Source: Candidatus Latescibacterota bacterium
GTDB taxonomy: Bacteria; Latescibacterota; UBA2968; UBA8231
Reading direction: 5' to 3'
Length of the DNA: 64,000 nucleotides
NCBI GenBank assembly: GCA_965221775.1
Contig: CBDCSU010000005.1
Location: forward strand, 256,001-320,000
Each line of letters begins with the position of its first letter. Position 1 is the first letter of the stretch. This document shows, one piece after another, positions 26,963 through 35,730 of the stretch. The translations under genes and the position numbers were made by a program. Under the pieces are notes generated by a model, which ran no database searches, was not told the DNA's origin, and worked only from the letters and a program-made list of their open reading frames with translations.

Positions 26963-28303
26963 CTACTGGGCGTACTGACCGACGTTGGCGATACCGCCGG
27001 GCTGGGTCAGGGCGAAGACGATCAGGTTGACCCCGAACTGCAGGCCGCGCTCCCGGGCATCGGCATTCGGATCGCCCCAGAACCAGCTGATGTTGAGGTC
27101 GGAGAAGATCACCGCCACCCGGCCCCGGATCTCGAGCATCTCGAGGTCGAAGACGTTGCCGCCGGGCGCCCCTCCCTTGGGGGGTCCGTCGCCGAAGTCG
27201 TAGAAGCTGGAGAACAGGGAGTGGGTCTTCTCGACTCGCTGCCAGCGGGCGCCGTCGCCGGAGAGGACTTTCTCGTCCTTCATGAGCGCCTTGAACTGGC
27301 GGTCGAAGATGGTGCCCGCCGTGCCCGCGCCCGAGCCCTCCAGGCTGCCCTCGGAGTTGGCGTGGCGGATCTCCTCCGCAAAGAGGAAACCGCCCTGCCG
27401 GAGGTACTCGCCCAGGTTCTGCTTTTCCGTGGAGGAGAACTGGAAGATGGCGTTGTTCCCGGTCATGTAGAGGAACGGTTCCTTGAAGATCTGCGAGTCG
27501 CTCAAGCGTAACGTCACCCCCTCGATGCGGGCGTTGATGCGCGTATGGTCGCGCATGTAGCGCATCAACTCCTCCACGGCGGTGGGGAAGCGGTCCGTGC
27601 TCTTGTTGGCCAGATCGTAGTCCATGACGCTCATGTTGAAGAACCCGCGGATGTTGCGCTTGTTCTCCGGGTCCTGGATCAGGATCGCCTGGTAGCGGCC
27701 GAAGTCGAGGTCCTGGACGTTGAGCAGCTCCTGCTTCAGGCTCAGGGCCTCCTGGACGGGGGCCGCGGTCTCCGTGAGCTCGATCATCTCGACCTCGTCG
27801 AAGGCCAGATCCTCCGCCTTGGCGCCGGAGAACGTGCCCAGCACCTGGCTCCCGGGCAGCACCGCACCGAGGAGGTCGGATCCGATGGCACTCACGTCGG
27901 CGATGGCGTTGATGTCGGTGGGCAGATCCGGCGGCGACAACGACGCCAGCATTTCCATCTGCACCTCCGAGATCTCAGGCTGCTTGGCCAGGTCGAAGTT
28001 CTTCTCGAGGATCGGCGGCGGCGCCTGGAAGCGGATCAGCTTCGCCTCCTCCTCTGTGACCTGCTGCTCGTAGTACCAAGCGACGCCCCAGGCGATGGCC
28101 TCGATGACTATGGCCACCGCCAGACTCACGAACAGGGCCGCCCGCCGGCCCGCCGTGGCCCGCCAGAGGACGTAGACCAGCACGGCACCAACGAGAGCGT
28201 TGAGCCCCAGCACCTGGGTCTTCGAGAAGAACCCGATGATGACGACATGAAGGAAGACAGCGATCCCGAAGGAGCCGTACAGTATCTTTCTGCGCTCTTC
28301 CAC
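26963..28303 (-). CDS. DUF4159 domain protein with N-terminal TM helices and Pro/acidic linker
   Basis: EPFLYMTG, EKQNLGEYLRQGGFLFAE, HSLFSSFYDF, GRVAVIFS, GVNLIVFALT. Confidence 0.82.
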   Translation of the reverse strand: MEERRKILYGSFGIAVFLHVVIIGFFSKTQVLGLNALVGAVLVYVLWRATAGRRAALFVSLAVAIVIEAIAWGVAWYYEQQVTEEEAKLIRFQAPPPILEKNFDLAKQPEISEVQMEMLASLSPPDLPTDINAIADVSAIGSDLLGAVLPGSQVLGTFSGAKAEDLAFDEVEMIELTETAAPVQEALSLKQELLNVQDLDFGRYQAILIQDPENKRNIRGFFNMSVMDYDLANKSTDRFPTAVEELMRYMRDHTRINARIEGVTLRLSDSQIFKEPFLYMTGNNAIFQFSSTEKQNLGEYLRQGGFLFAEEIRHANSEGSLEGSGAGTAGTIFDRQFKALMKDEKVLSGDGARWQRVEKTHSLFSSFYDFGDGPPKGGAPGGNVFDLEMLEIRGRVAVIFSDLNISWFWGDPNADARERGLQFGVNLIVFALTQPGGIANVGQYAQ

Positions 28304-28368
28304 TTTCCGTTCCCCGTGGCTTGTTCAACTGGGCCCCGCCGGCAAGGCCGGCGGGGCGTTGGGGTCGA

Positions 28369-28776
28369 TTACTTCCCTCGCTGCGGCTCGGTGGCGATGA
28401 TCTGGTCGACCACCCCCACCTGACGAGCGATATCCATGATCTGCACGATCTGCCCATGGGTGGCGCGCTCGTCGCCCTGGATGATGATCATCGTCGTGTT
28501 GTCCAGGATCTGACGCTTCTCCTGGATCCGGTCCTTCAGGTTGGCGAAGGTCACGGTCTGGTGATTCAGCTTCATGTTGCCGTCCTGATCGACGACGATG
28601 AACAGGTTCTCCTTCTCGGGCGCCTGCGCCTCCTCCGCCTCGGGCAGCTTGATGTCGAGACCCGGGGTGATGGCGAAGACCGCCGTCACCATGAAGAAGA
28701 TCAGCAGCTGGAACACCACGTCGATCATCGGCGTGAGATCCGGCTTCTCGTCGTAGCGCCTCTTTTCCTGTGCCAT
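28369..28776 (-). CDS. exbD: Biopolymer transporter ExbD/TolR
   Basis: DLTPMIDVVFQLLIFFMV, IQGDERATHG..VQIMD. Confidence 0.95.
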   Translation of the reverse strand: MAQEKRRYDEKPDLTPMIDVVFQLLIFFMVTAVFAITPGLDIKLPEAEEAQAPEKENLFIVVDQDGNMKLNHQTVTFANLKDRIQEKRQILDNTTMIIIQGDERATHGQIVQIMDIARQVGVVDQIIATEPQRGK

Positions 28777-28797
28777 TTCGGCCTCCGAGCCCCCCGG

Positions 28798-29448
28798 TTA
28801 GGCGGTCTGGCTCTGCCAGCGGCGCAGCAGGGCGTCCACGAACCCGTGCCCGTAGGGCTCGAACTGGATCCCCTTGCCCTCGGCGCGCTGTGCGAAATAG
28901 GTGTAGATGGCCAGCGAAGGCACGGCGATGACGAGACCGGTCACCGTCGTGATCAGCGCCTCGGAGATACCGGCGGCGACGATCGTCGGCTCGCCCAGTC
29001 CCTTCTCGGCGATGCCCTCGAAGGCGCGGATCATTCCGTTCACCGTTCCCAGCAGGCCGAGGAGCACGACCGAGCTGGCGACGAACTGGATCACCGACAG
29101 GTAGCGCTCGAGGTAGCTGCTCGCGGCGCGCTCTACCGTGCCGTTCATCTCGGCGCGCATCTCCTCGATGCTGCGCTGCTCGCGGGAGAGGTGCTCGAAG
29201 CGCTCGATGCCCTCGGCGTAGACATCACCCTCCAGCCGGCCGATCTCCCTGCAGTACTCCTGGAGCTGGTCGAAGGAAGCCCCGGAGTCGATCCGGCCGG
29301 TGACGTCGTTGGTCACCTCGGACAGTTCATCCTCCGACCGCATCCGCGCGTAGGTGACGATGCGCTCGATGAAGAAGCCGAGGGCCATGATCGACCACAG
29401 GCCGAGGGGCCACATGAACGGTCCACCATCCTGAAAGAACTCCAGCAT
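28798..29448 (-). CDS. exbB: MotA/TolQ/ExbB proton channel
   Basis: GGPFMWPL, LLGLLGTVNGMIRAF, AAGISEALITTVTGLVIAVP. Confidence 0.93.
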   Translation of the reverse strand: MLEFFQDGGPFMWPLGLWSIMALGFFIERIVTYARMRSEDELSEVTNDVTGRIDSGASFDQLQEYCREIGRLEGDVYAEGIERFEHLSREQRSIEEMRAEMNGTVERAASSYLERYLSVIQFVASSVVLLGLLGTVNGMIRAFEGIAEKGLGEPTIVAAGISEALITTVTGLVIAVPSLAIYTYFAQRAEGKGIQFEPYGHGFVDALLRRWQSQTA

Positions 29449-29534
29449 GATCGCTGATCCTCCTTGAGTTAGGGCTCAGATCTCTCGGCCCGTATCGCTG
29501 AGTAAAGGTTCATTGCGCTGCCATGGTTCCGGCG

Positions 29535-32500
29535 TTAGAGAACACGCGCTTCCTCCAGCGCCTCCAACTGCTGCTTCGAGAAGTCCACCTGCGGCGAGAA
29601 GCGCTGGATGCTGCCGTACTTCTGCACCACCTGCTGGAATTCCTCGGCCGCCTTGCGGTATTCCTCGAGAGCCATGTACGCCGAGGCGATGTTGACGGCT
29701 GCGTTGACCGCCTGGTCGCTCTCCGGGAAGCGCTCGATCACCTCCTTGAAGATCTCGATGGACTCCACGTACTGCTCGCCGTCGAACAAGGACTCGCCGG
29801 CGGCGTAGACGTTGTAGGCCTCGATCTCCGACAGGTGGCCGAGGAGGACCGACGCCTTGCGGCGCAGGGGCCGGTCCTTGGCTTTCAGACGCTGCTCGGG
29901 GAACATCTCCAGGAACTTCCGGTAACTCGCCGAGGCGAGATCGTACTCCTTCTCGCCGTAGTAGTAGTCGCCCAGGGTGAACTGGCTGGCGGCGCCGAAA
30001 TCACCGTCGGGGTGCTCGGCGACGATCCGCTCGAAGAAGGGAAGGGCGTCGGCCTTGGTGTACTCCTCCCCCAGGTCGGAGAGGTGGATGATGGCCCACG
30101 CCTTGTTGTAGAGGGCGTCGTCGACGACGTCCGACCGCGAATAACGGCCCAGGACGGCGTCGTACTTGCGCATGGCCTCCCTGAAGATCCCCTTCTTGTT
30201 TTCCCGCGTCTCGCCCTGGGCCAGGTTGAAGACCGCCTCCCCCGCCCGGAACAGGGACTGGGCCGCGAATTCGGAGCGCGGGAACTTCGAGGCGAGATCT
30301 TGGAAGGTCTCGCTGGACTCGCGCCACTTGCCCATGCGGTACTCGGCAAAGGCGGCGTAGTAGTAGGCATAGACCGCCTTCTCGTCGTCGGGGTAGGCCA
30401 TGTAGTAGGTCCTGAAGGCCTCGGCCACGTAGGGCAGGTACTGCACGTTGCCGTCCCCCGACATCTTGTTGTAGGCGGCTCCGATCTGGAACTGCGCGTT
30501 TCGCGCCCAGCCGATCTGCGGGTAGTTGTCGACGATGGTCTGGTAGGTCTGCACCGCCTTCTCCAGCTCGCCGGCGCGGAAGTGGCTGTTGCCCTGCACG
30601 AAGAGGGCGTTGGCGATGTCCTCCGCGTCGACGGCCAGATCGAGAAGCTGCTGAGAGGCGGCGACGCTCTGCTCGTAACGCCCGAGACGGAAGTAGGCGC
30701 TGGCCATGCGGATCAGCACCCGCACCTTGTCCTCCTGAGTGGTCAGGCGGGTGAGCATGTCCTCGTAGGTGCGGATCGCGTCTTCCGGATCCTGCTTCTC
30801 CGCCATGGAGATCAGCTGCAACTGGGCATTGCGGGCCAGAGTCTCGTCGCCGGACTCGATCACCTGCGTCAACAGCTTCGTGGCCTCCGCGTCCTGCCCC
30901 TGGGCGGCGAAGGAGAGAGCCATGGCGAAGTTGACCTTCAGCTGCATGCTCTCGGGGAGATCCTGGTCGAGGAGCCACTGGTAGTCGGCCAGGGCCCTGG
31001 AGAACCGGTTGGCCTTGTGGTAGGCCAGGGCGCGACCGTAACGGACCTCCCGGATCACCTTCGCCTCGGGGTATTCGTCGATGACCTTCGTGTATCGATT
31101 GATGGCGTCCACGTAGTTGTCGTTGTTGAGGTCGAGCTGGGCGATCTGGTAGTGGGCCTGGGCCTCCAGCGCCCGGTCACCCGTGACTCCCTTCAGCAGT
31201 TGGTCGAGGACCTGGCGGCCCTCTTCGGAGCGGCCGGCGCCGATGTGGATGTTGGCTGCCTCGATCAGGGATGCCACGTAGACCTCGCCGGCCTCGCGGC
31301 CGACGCGGGAGAAGGCGTCGATGGCGCCGTCCAGCTCACCCCTCTGCTTGTAGAGCAGCCCGAGCCCGTAGTTGGCATCGGCGGCATGGCGGGTCTCGCC
31401 GTAGTTGTCGGCGATGATGCGATAGGCCTCGATGGCCTCGTCGAAGCGCTGCTGCTCGGTGTTGACGCGGCCTATCCGCAACAGGCAGAGAGGTGCCTGA
31501 TCGGACCGTGGGAAGCTCTCCACCACCTGTCCGTAGACATCCAGGGCCGTCTCGAAGTCCTCCAGCTTCTCGGAGGACCAGCCGGCGCTGTACAGGGCGT
31601 TGGCCCGCAGGCCGGTGTCGCTGTCGGGATAGAGGGTGGCGACGGCGGAGTACTCCTGACGGGCCTCTTCGAAGTCCCCTGCGAAGTAACGGGCCTCGCC
31701 CTTGTTGTACTGGGCGATGGGCGGGTACGGCGTGTCTCCGTAGAGCTCGATCACCTGGTTGTAGGTGGTGTACGCTTCTTCGAAGCGCTCCTGCTTACCC
31801 GCCGGTTCCTCGGAGCGCTGGCCCCATTCCATGAAGTTGTCGCCGAGGCGCATCTGCACCTTGGCCTTGTAGAACCGCTCCTCGGCCGTCTCCTGGGCCG
31901 TGATCAGCTCCTCGTAGGCCTCCTCGAAGGCGCCCCCCCGCCGATAGATCTCGGCAACGCGTAGAGAGGAGGTCTCGAAGAGCTGCCGGTAGTTGTCGAA
32001 GTCGACGTTCTTGCCCTCCCGGAAGGAGCCGCGGAGCAACTCGTACATCCGGTCGTAGAGATCGCGAACCTCCCGGTATCCGGCGATGGCCTCCTCGCTG
32101 CGCCCCATCTGGTCGAAGGCCTGCGCCTTGAGATAGGTGGCCTGGGCGATGACGGGACTGGTGGGATACAGCTCGAGGACGACTTCGGCCTCGTCGACGG
32201 CCCTCTCGTACTCCTCCTTCTCGTAGTAGGAGGAGGCGATCCGGAACTGCGAGTCGGAGGCGTAACGGTCCTCGGGATAGGATTCCAGCATGCCCCGGAG
32301 GGCGGTGATGGCGTCGTCGTAGCGCTCGAGGTTGAACAGGCTCCAGCCAGAGTAGAAGTACGCCTCCCCCGCCAGGTCGGAGCTGGGGAAGAGGTCGGCG
32401 TAGCGCTTGTACTCCTCGGCGGCTTTGTCGAACTCCTTCTGCAGGAAGCGGGTCTCGGCCACGCGGAACTGCACGAGGGACCGGAAGTCCTCGTCCACCT

Positions 32501-32828
32501 CCTCCATGGCGATCACCTCACGGAAGGCTCCCACCGCCTCCTCGTGCTGGCCGCTGCGCATGCGGGCGTTGCCCAGCTGGTACCAGGCCGCCGCCATCAC
32601 CGGCAGCTCGAGGTCGTCGCCGAAGGTGACGCGCACGCTGTCGGTGCGCACGGCGGGGCTGTCGAACTTGACGATCTTCGAGTACTCGAGGATCGCCCCC
32701 TCGTACTCGCCCAGGGCGTAGAGGCTCTGGCCGGCGTCGAAGTTCGTCTTCAGCGTCTGCGGCACCGGGAGGAACAGGCTGGTGCCCACCCCCAGCCCCA
32801 GTGCGATCAGCCCGATCCAGATCGTCAT
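29535..32828 (-). CDS. Large N-anchored TPR protein (BamD/CpoB-like repeats)
   Basis: N-terminal hydrophobic segment followed by TPRs throughout, with recurring YP.S...A.A turns. Confidence 0.9.
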   Translation of the reverse strand: MTIWIGLIALGLGVGTSLFLPVPQTLKTNFDAGQSLYALGEYEGAILEYSKIVKFDSPAVRTDSVRVTFGDDLELPVMAAAWYQLGNARMRSGQHEEAVGAFREVIAMEEVDEDFRSLVQFRVAETRFLQKEFDKAAEEYKRYADLFPSSDLAGEAYFYSGWSLFNLERYDDAITALRGMLESYPEDRYASDSQFRIASSYYEKEEYERAVDEAEVVLELYPTSPVIAQATYLKAQAFDQMGRSEEAIAGYREVRDLYDRMYELLRGSFREGKNVDFDNYRQLFETSSLRVAEIYRRGGAFEEAYEELITAQETAEERFYKAKVQMRLGDNFMEWGQRSEEPAGKQERFEEAYTTYNQVIELYGDTPYPPIAQYNKGEARYFAGDFEEARQEYSAVATLYPDSDTGLRANALYSAGWSSEKLEDFETALDVYGQVVESFPRSDQAPLCLLRIGRVNTEQQRFDEAIEAYRIIADNYGETRHAADANYGLGLLYKQRGELDGAIDAFSRVGREAGEVYVASLIEAANIHIGAGRSEEGRQVLDQLLKGVTGDRALEAQAHYQIAQLDLNNDNYVDAINRYTKVIDEYPEAKVIREVRYGRALAYHKANRFSRALADYQWLLDQDLPESMQLKVNFAMALSFAAQGQDAEATKLLTQVIESGDETLARNAQLQLISMAEKQDPEDAIRTYEDMLTRLTTQEDKVRVLIRMASAYFRLGRYEQSVAASQQLLDLAVDAEDIANALFVQGNSHFRAGELEKAVQTYQTIVDNYPQIGWARNAQFQIGAAYNKMSGDGNVQYLPYVAEAFRTYYMAYPDDEKAVYAYYYAAFAEYRMGKWRESSETFQDLASKFPRSEFAAQSLFRAGEAVFNLAQGETRENKKGIFREAMRKYDAVLGRYSRSDVVDDALYNKAWAIIHLSDLGEEYTKADALPFFERIVAEHPDGDFGAASQFTLGDYYYGEKEYDLASASYRKFLEMFPEQRLKAKDRPLRRKASVLLGHLSEIEAYNVYAAGESLFDGEQYVESIEIFKEVIERFPESDQAVNAAVNIASAYMALEEYRKAAEEFQQVVQKYGSIQRFSPQVDFSKQQLEALEEARVL

Positions 32829-32846
32829 GGAAGGAGTCTCCTCTTC

Positions 32847-33779
32847 CTACAGTTGCCAGGCCAGGGAGAATCGGTGGGAGCCGTTGGCCTCGGACAGTTC
32901 GAGGGGGATGTGGTAGCCGTAGTCGAAGAGCATCTTGTTCCACCGGTACCCCAGACCCGCGTTCAGGTCGCCCTTGGCGTCCTCTTCGAAGGCCCGGCTG
33001 CCGCCGGCGCGGAGCATCAGACCCTCCACCAGGCTCGTCTCCCCGCCCAGCACCAGACGGCTCTCCGAACCCTCGCCGCCCACGTCCCGGACCGACCACT
33101 GAACCGAGAGAAGCATCTGGTCCCGGCGGTGGCTCACGCCCACCGACAGGTCCATCGGAAGGTCCCCCGCCCCCGACTCCAGGGAGCCGCCGGACCCGCA
33201 GTTGCAGGTGGCGTTCGGCTGAAGGACGTTCTGCAGCTGAACCCCCAGACGAGCCCCCTGAAACGGTGTCCGCCACAGAAGACCCACGTCGGCGCCCACC
33301 GAACCCGCGCTCTGACCCGACACCGGATCGTTGCTGTCGAAGTCCGACACCTGCCAGAACACGTACTTGCCCGTCAGACCCAACTGAAGATCCCGGCTCA
33401 GGCGATAGCCCACGCCCAGAAACGCCCCGTTCTCCGACATCTGCTCCGAGCCGATGCGCTCGTAGCCCACCCCCAGCGCCAGACGGCCGCCCAGGGGCTG
33501 CGTCAGAGACACCACGTGCTGGCCGAGGTCGTCCTCCTCCAGACCCGAGTGCAGAAGCGACACGTTGGTGTACGCCACCTGGCGCCCCGTCAAGGTCGCC
33601 AGACCCGCCGGGTTGGCGAACATCGCATCGCCGTTGTCGGCCACCGCCACGAAGGCGTTGCCCAGGGACGCCGACCGCGCGCCGGCCCCGAGATTCTGGA
33701 TGTTCACCACCGCTTCCGAAACCGTCACCAGGGACAGAACGAAAGCGAGGGACAGGGTGATGGTGATCCGGCTTGCCAT
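32847..33779 (-). CDS. PorV/PorQ-like outer-membrane beta-barrel
   Basis: [10 protein letters not shown] and ATG 33779; signal peptide; GAGARSASLGNAFVAVADNGDAMFANPAGLA; DLNAGLGY; SHRFSLAWQL end. Confidence 0.8.
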   Translation of the reverse strand: MASRITITLSLAFVLSLVTVSEAVVNIQNLGAGARSASLGNAFVAVADNGDAMFANPAGLATLTGRQVAYTNVSLLHSGLEEDDLGQHVVSLTQPLGGRLALGVGYERIGSEQMSENGAFLGVGYRLSRDLQLGLTGKYVFWQVSDFDSNDPVSGQSAGSVGADVGLLWRTPFQGARLGVQLQNVLQPNATCNCGSGGSLESGAGDLPMDLSVGVSHRRDQMLLSVQWSVRDVGGEGSESRLVLGGETSLVEGLMLRAGGSRAFEEDAKGDLNAGLGYRWNKMLFDYGYHIPLELSEANGSHRFSLAWQL

Positions 33780-33832
33780 TCTAGGCTCCTCCTTGCTGGC
33801 CGCCCGCGTCTCCCGCGGGCCTGGGCGCGACA

Positions 33833-34585
33833 TCAGCCGGCCGCCTCGATCTCGAGGCGGCCGTCGCGGAAGATCCGGCCGATGTCGCGCTGGAATCGGC
33901 AGTTGATCCGTACCGTCTCCACGGGCTCGTTGCGGTGGTCGAACCGCAACACGGCGTCGTGGATGACGACTTCGACTTCGCTCACGTCGTGGTGGAGAGC
34001 GGGGAAGATGAGGAACCCCTCCACCTCCTGGCCGACGAAGACCTCCTCGTTCTTGTAGAGAGTTCGCCGCAGCAGATCGAGACGCTCCTGGTAGCGGGCG
34101 TACTCGTTGCCGCGGAAACCGGTGGCGTAGGCCCGGTAATAGGTGTCGAGCTGCTGCAGCTGCAGGCTCCAGTACTCCGCGCCGCTCGCCGAGCGCAGGA
34201 CGACGCGCGCGGGATCGATCTTGACCTTGGGGTAGCGGTGGTTGGCGACCCGGAGGTGAAAGGTGGTGAACCGGGACCGCTCGCCGTCACCCTCCCAGAA
34301 GCGGGTGTCGCCGAAGGTGTAGGGATTGGTCGACTGGGGCCCGGAGACCGAATGGGGGAGGAACTGGCGGTTGAGATCGTCATCTGTGAGGGCCTGAAGC
34401 TCGACTCGGAAATCCCCCTGGACGAAGGCGACGCCGCCTTGATCCGCAACCGTGCTGCCCGGCGGCTGCAGGAGGGAAGGCTGCAGGGGGCCGGCGTAAT
34501 GATAGTAACCGCAGCCGGAGGCGCCACACAACCCCAGCACGGCCGGGAGCCAGAGCGCACGTCGAAGGCGGGGGCATGGGATCAT
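33833..34585 (-). CDS. Hypothetical lipoprotein
   Basis: Lipobox-like ASGC; beta-rich mature domain; coupled to the downstream gene. Confidence 0.75.
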   Translation of the reverse strand: MIPCPRLRRALWLPAVLGLCGASGCGYYHYAGPLQPSLLQPPGSTVADQGGVAFVQGDFRVELQALTDDDLNRQFLPHSVSGPQSTNPYTFGDTRFWEGDGERSRFTTFHLRVANHRYPKVKIDPARVVLRSASGAEYWSLQLQQLDTYYRAYATGFRGNEYARYQERLDLLRRTLYKNEEVFVGQEVEGFLIFPALHHDVSEVEVVIHDAVLRFDHRNEPVETVRINCRFQRDIGRIFRDGRLEIEAAG

Positions 34586-34618
34586 CGGCTGTCCGCGGAG
34601 TCCTCTCGGTCAAGGGCC

Positions 34619-35503
34619 TTAATATAGTGTTTGAGGCGCGGCAAATGTAGATTTTATCCGGCCCCAGGTCGAGGACCGGACGAGGGTGGGGACCATGGGC
34701 GCCAGCCTCAGGTCCGTGAAGCGGTCGGCCAGCCGGAAGGCGTTGTGCCCGCCGGAGAGGGACCACTTGGCGTCGAGCAGCTCCGAGTGCTCGTCGTAGT
34801 CGGCGAACTCCAGGTTGAACCCGATGACGTCGTCGGCGGCCAGCAGCCGGCGGCGGCTCAGGAAGTCGGCCGTCATGTTGACCTCGTCGAAGACGGCCAG
34901 ACTGAACTCGTAGCTGACCACCGCCGGCCCTCCCTCGGGCCCCTCGACGGCCATCGCCGCCCGCGTGTACGCTCCGTCGGGCTCGGAGTACCATGCGGCG
35001 CCGGAGAAGTTCACCAGGAAATCCCCGTCCTCGTGGGGGCCGGCGAGCACGAAGTGGCTCGCCTGGGCGCCGTTGCGCTCGAACTGCTCGCCCTGGCTCA
35101 GGTCGCTGAAGTCGGCGTACTGGCCTCCGGAGTGGTCGCCGTCGACGAAGATCTCCAGGTCGTCGTCCTGGAAGATGCGGGTGGTGGCCGTCCCCTCGGG
35201 GCGGTCGACCTGGTGGATGTCGTCGCGGACCTGGGCGGCGAGGTAGATCCGATTGGTGTGCGGGCTCCAGCCGAGCCATACCAGGATGTCCAGATCCTCT
35301 GCGTCGGCAGGAGCTTCACCCACGAGATCGACGAAGTCCTCCGTCGTCAGCGTCGCCCGGCCGGCCTGCGCCCAGTCCCCCAGCTGGCCGTCCACCTCGG
35401 GGGCCGCGCCCTCCGGGAACTGGAGGGCGGTTACCTCCCGGCCTAGGGGCAGGTGGCCGCTGGCCGACGACGCCAGCAGGAGAGCCAGCCAGAAGGCTCG
35501 CAT
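34619..35503 (-). CDS. Secreted CBM9/DOMON-like sugar-binding protein with C-terminal TWGRIK motif
   Basis: Signal peptide; PEVDGQLGDW, IYLAAQVRDD, DDLEIFVDGD, IGFNLEFADYD; tail PTLVRSSTWGRIK. Confidence 0.8.
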   Translation of the reverse strand: MRAFWLALLLASSASGHLPLGREVTALQFPEGAAPEVDGQLGDWAQAGRATLTTEDFVDLVGEAPADAEDLDILVWLGWSPHTNRIYLAAQVRDDIHQVDRPEGTATTRIFQDDDLEIFVDGDHSGGQYADFSDLSQGEQFERNGAQASHFVLAGPHEDGDFLVNFSGAAWYSEPDGAYTRAAMAVEGPEGGPAVVSYEFSLAVFDEVNMTADFLSRRRLLAADDVIGFNLEFADYDEHSELLDAKWSLSGGHNAFRLADRFTDLRLAPMVPTLVRSSTWGRIKSTFAAPQTLY

Positions 35504-35730
35504 GCCGGCCGGAGCCGAACTGTGGCGCGGGCAGGTCAAGGTCGGTGTCGGGGAGAGGTTCCAGTCGAGGGGGATGGTGGCGGATCGGTCGCGCGTAAGA
35601 TAGCCCCCCGCCGGAGGCCGGCAACCGGCCCTCGGCCCGCACCGGCCGGACGCTTCAGGCCCGTCCCGCGACGGCTCCGGAGGAGGGGTCCTTGCCCGGC
35701 TGCGGCGCCTCCGTAGGTTCCGTCACACCG

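Noticed and set aside
32847-33779. Slightly different codon flavour in the PorV-like gene suggesting recent transfer
   Set aside because: Impression only, not quantified; no mobility signatures.
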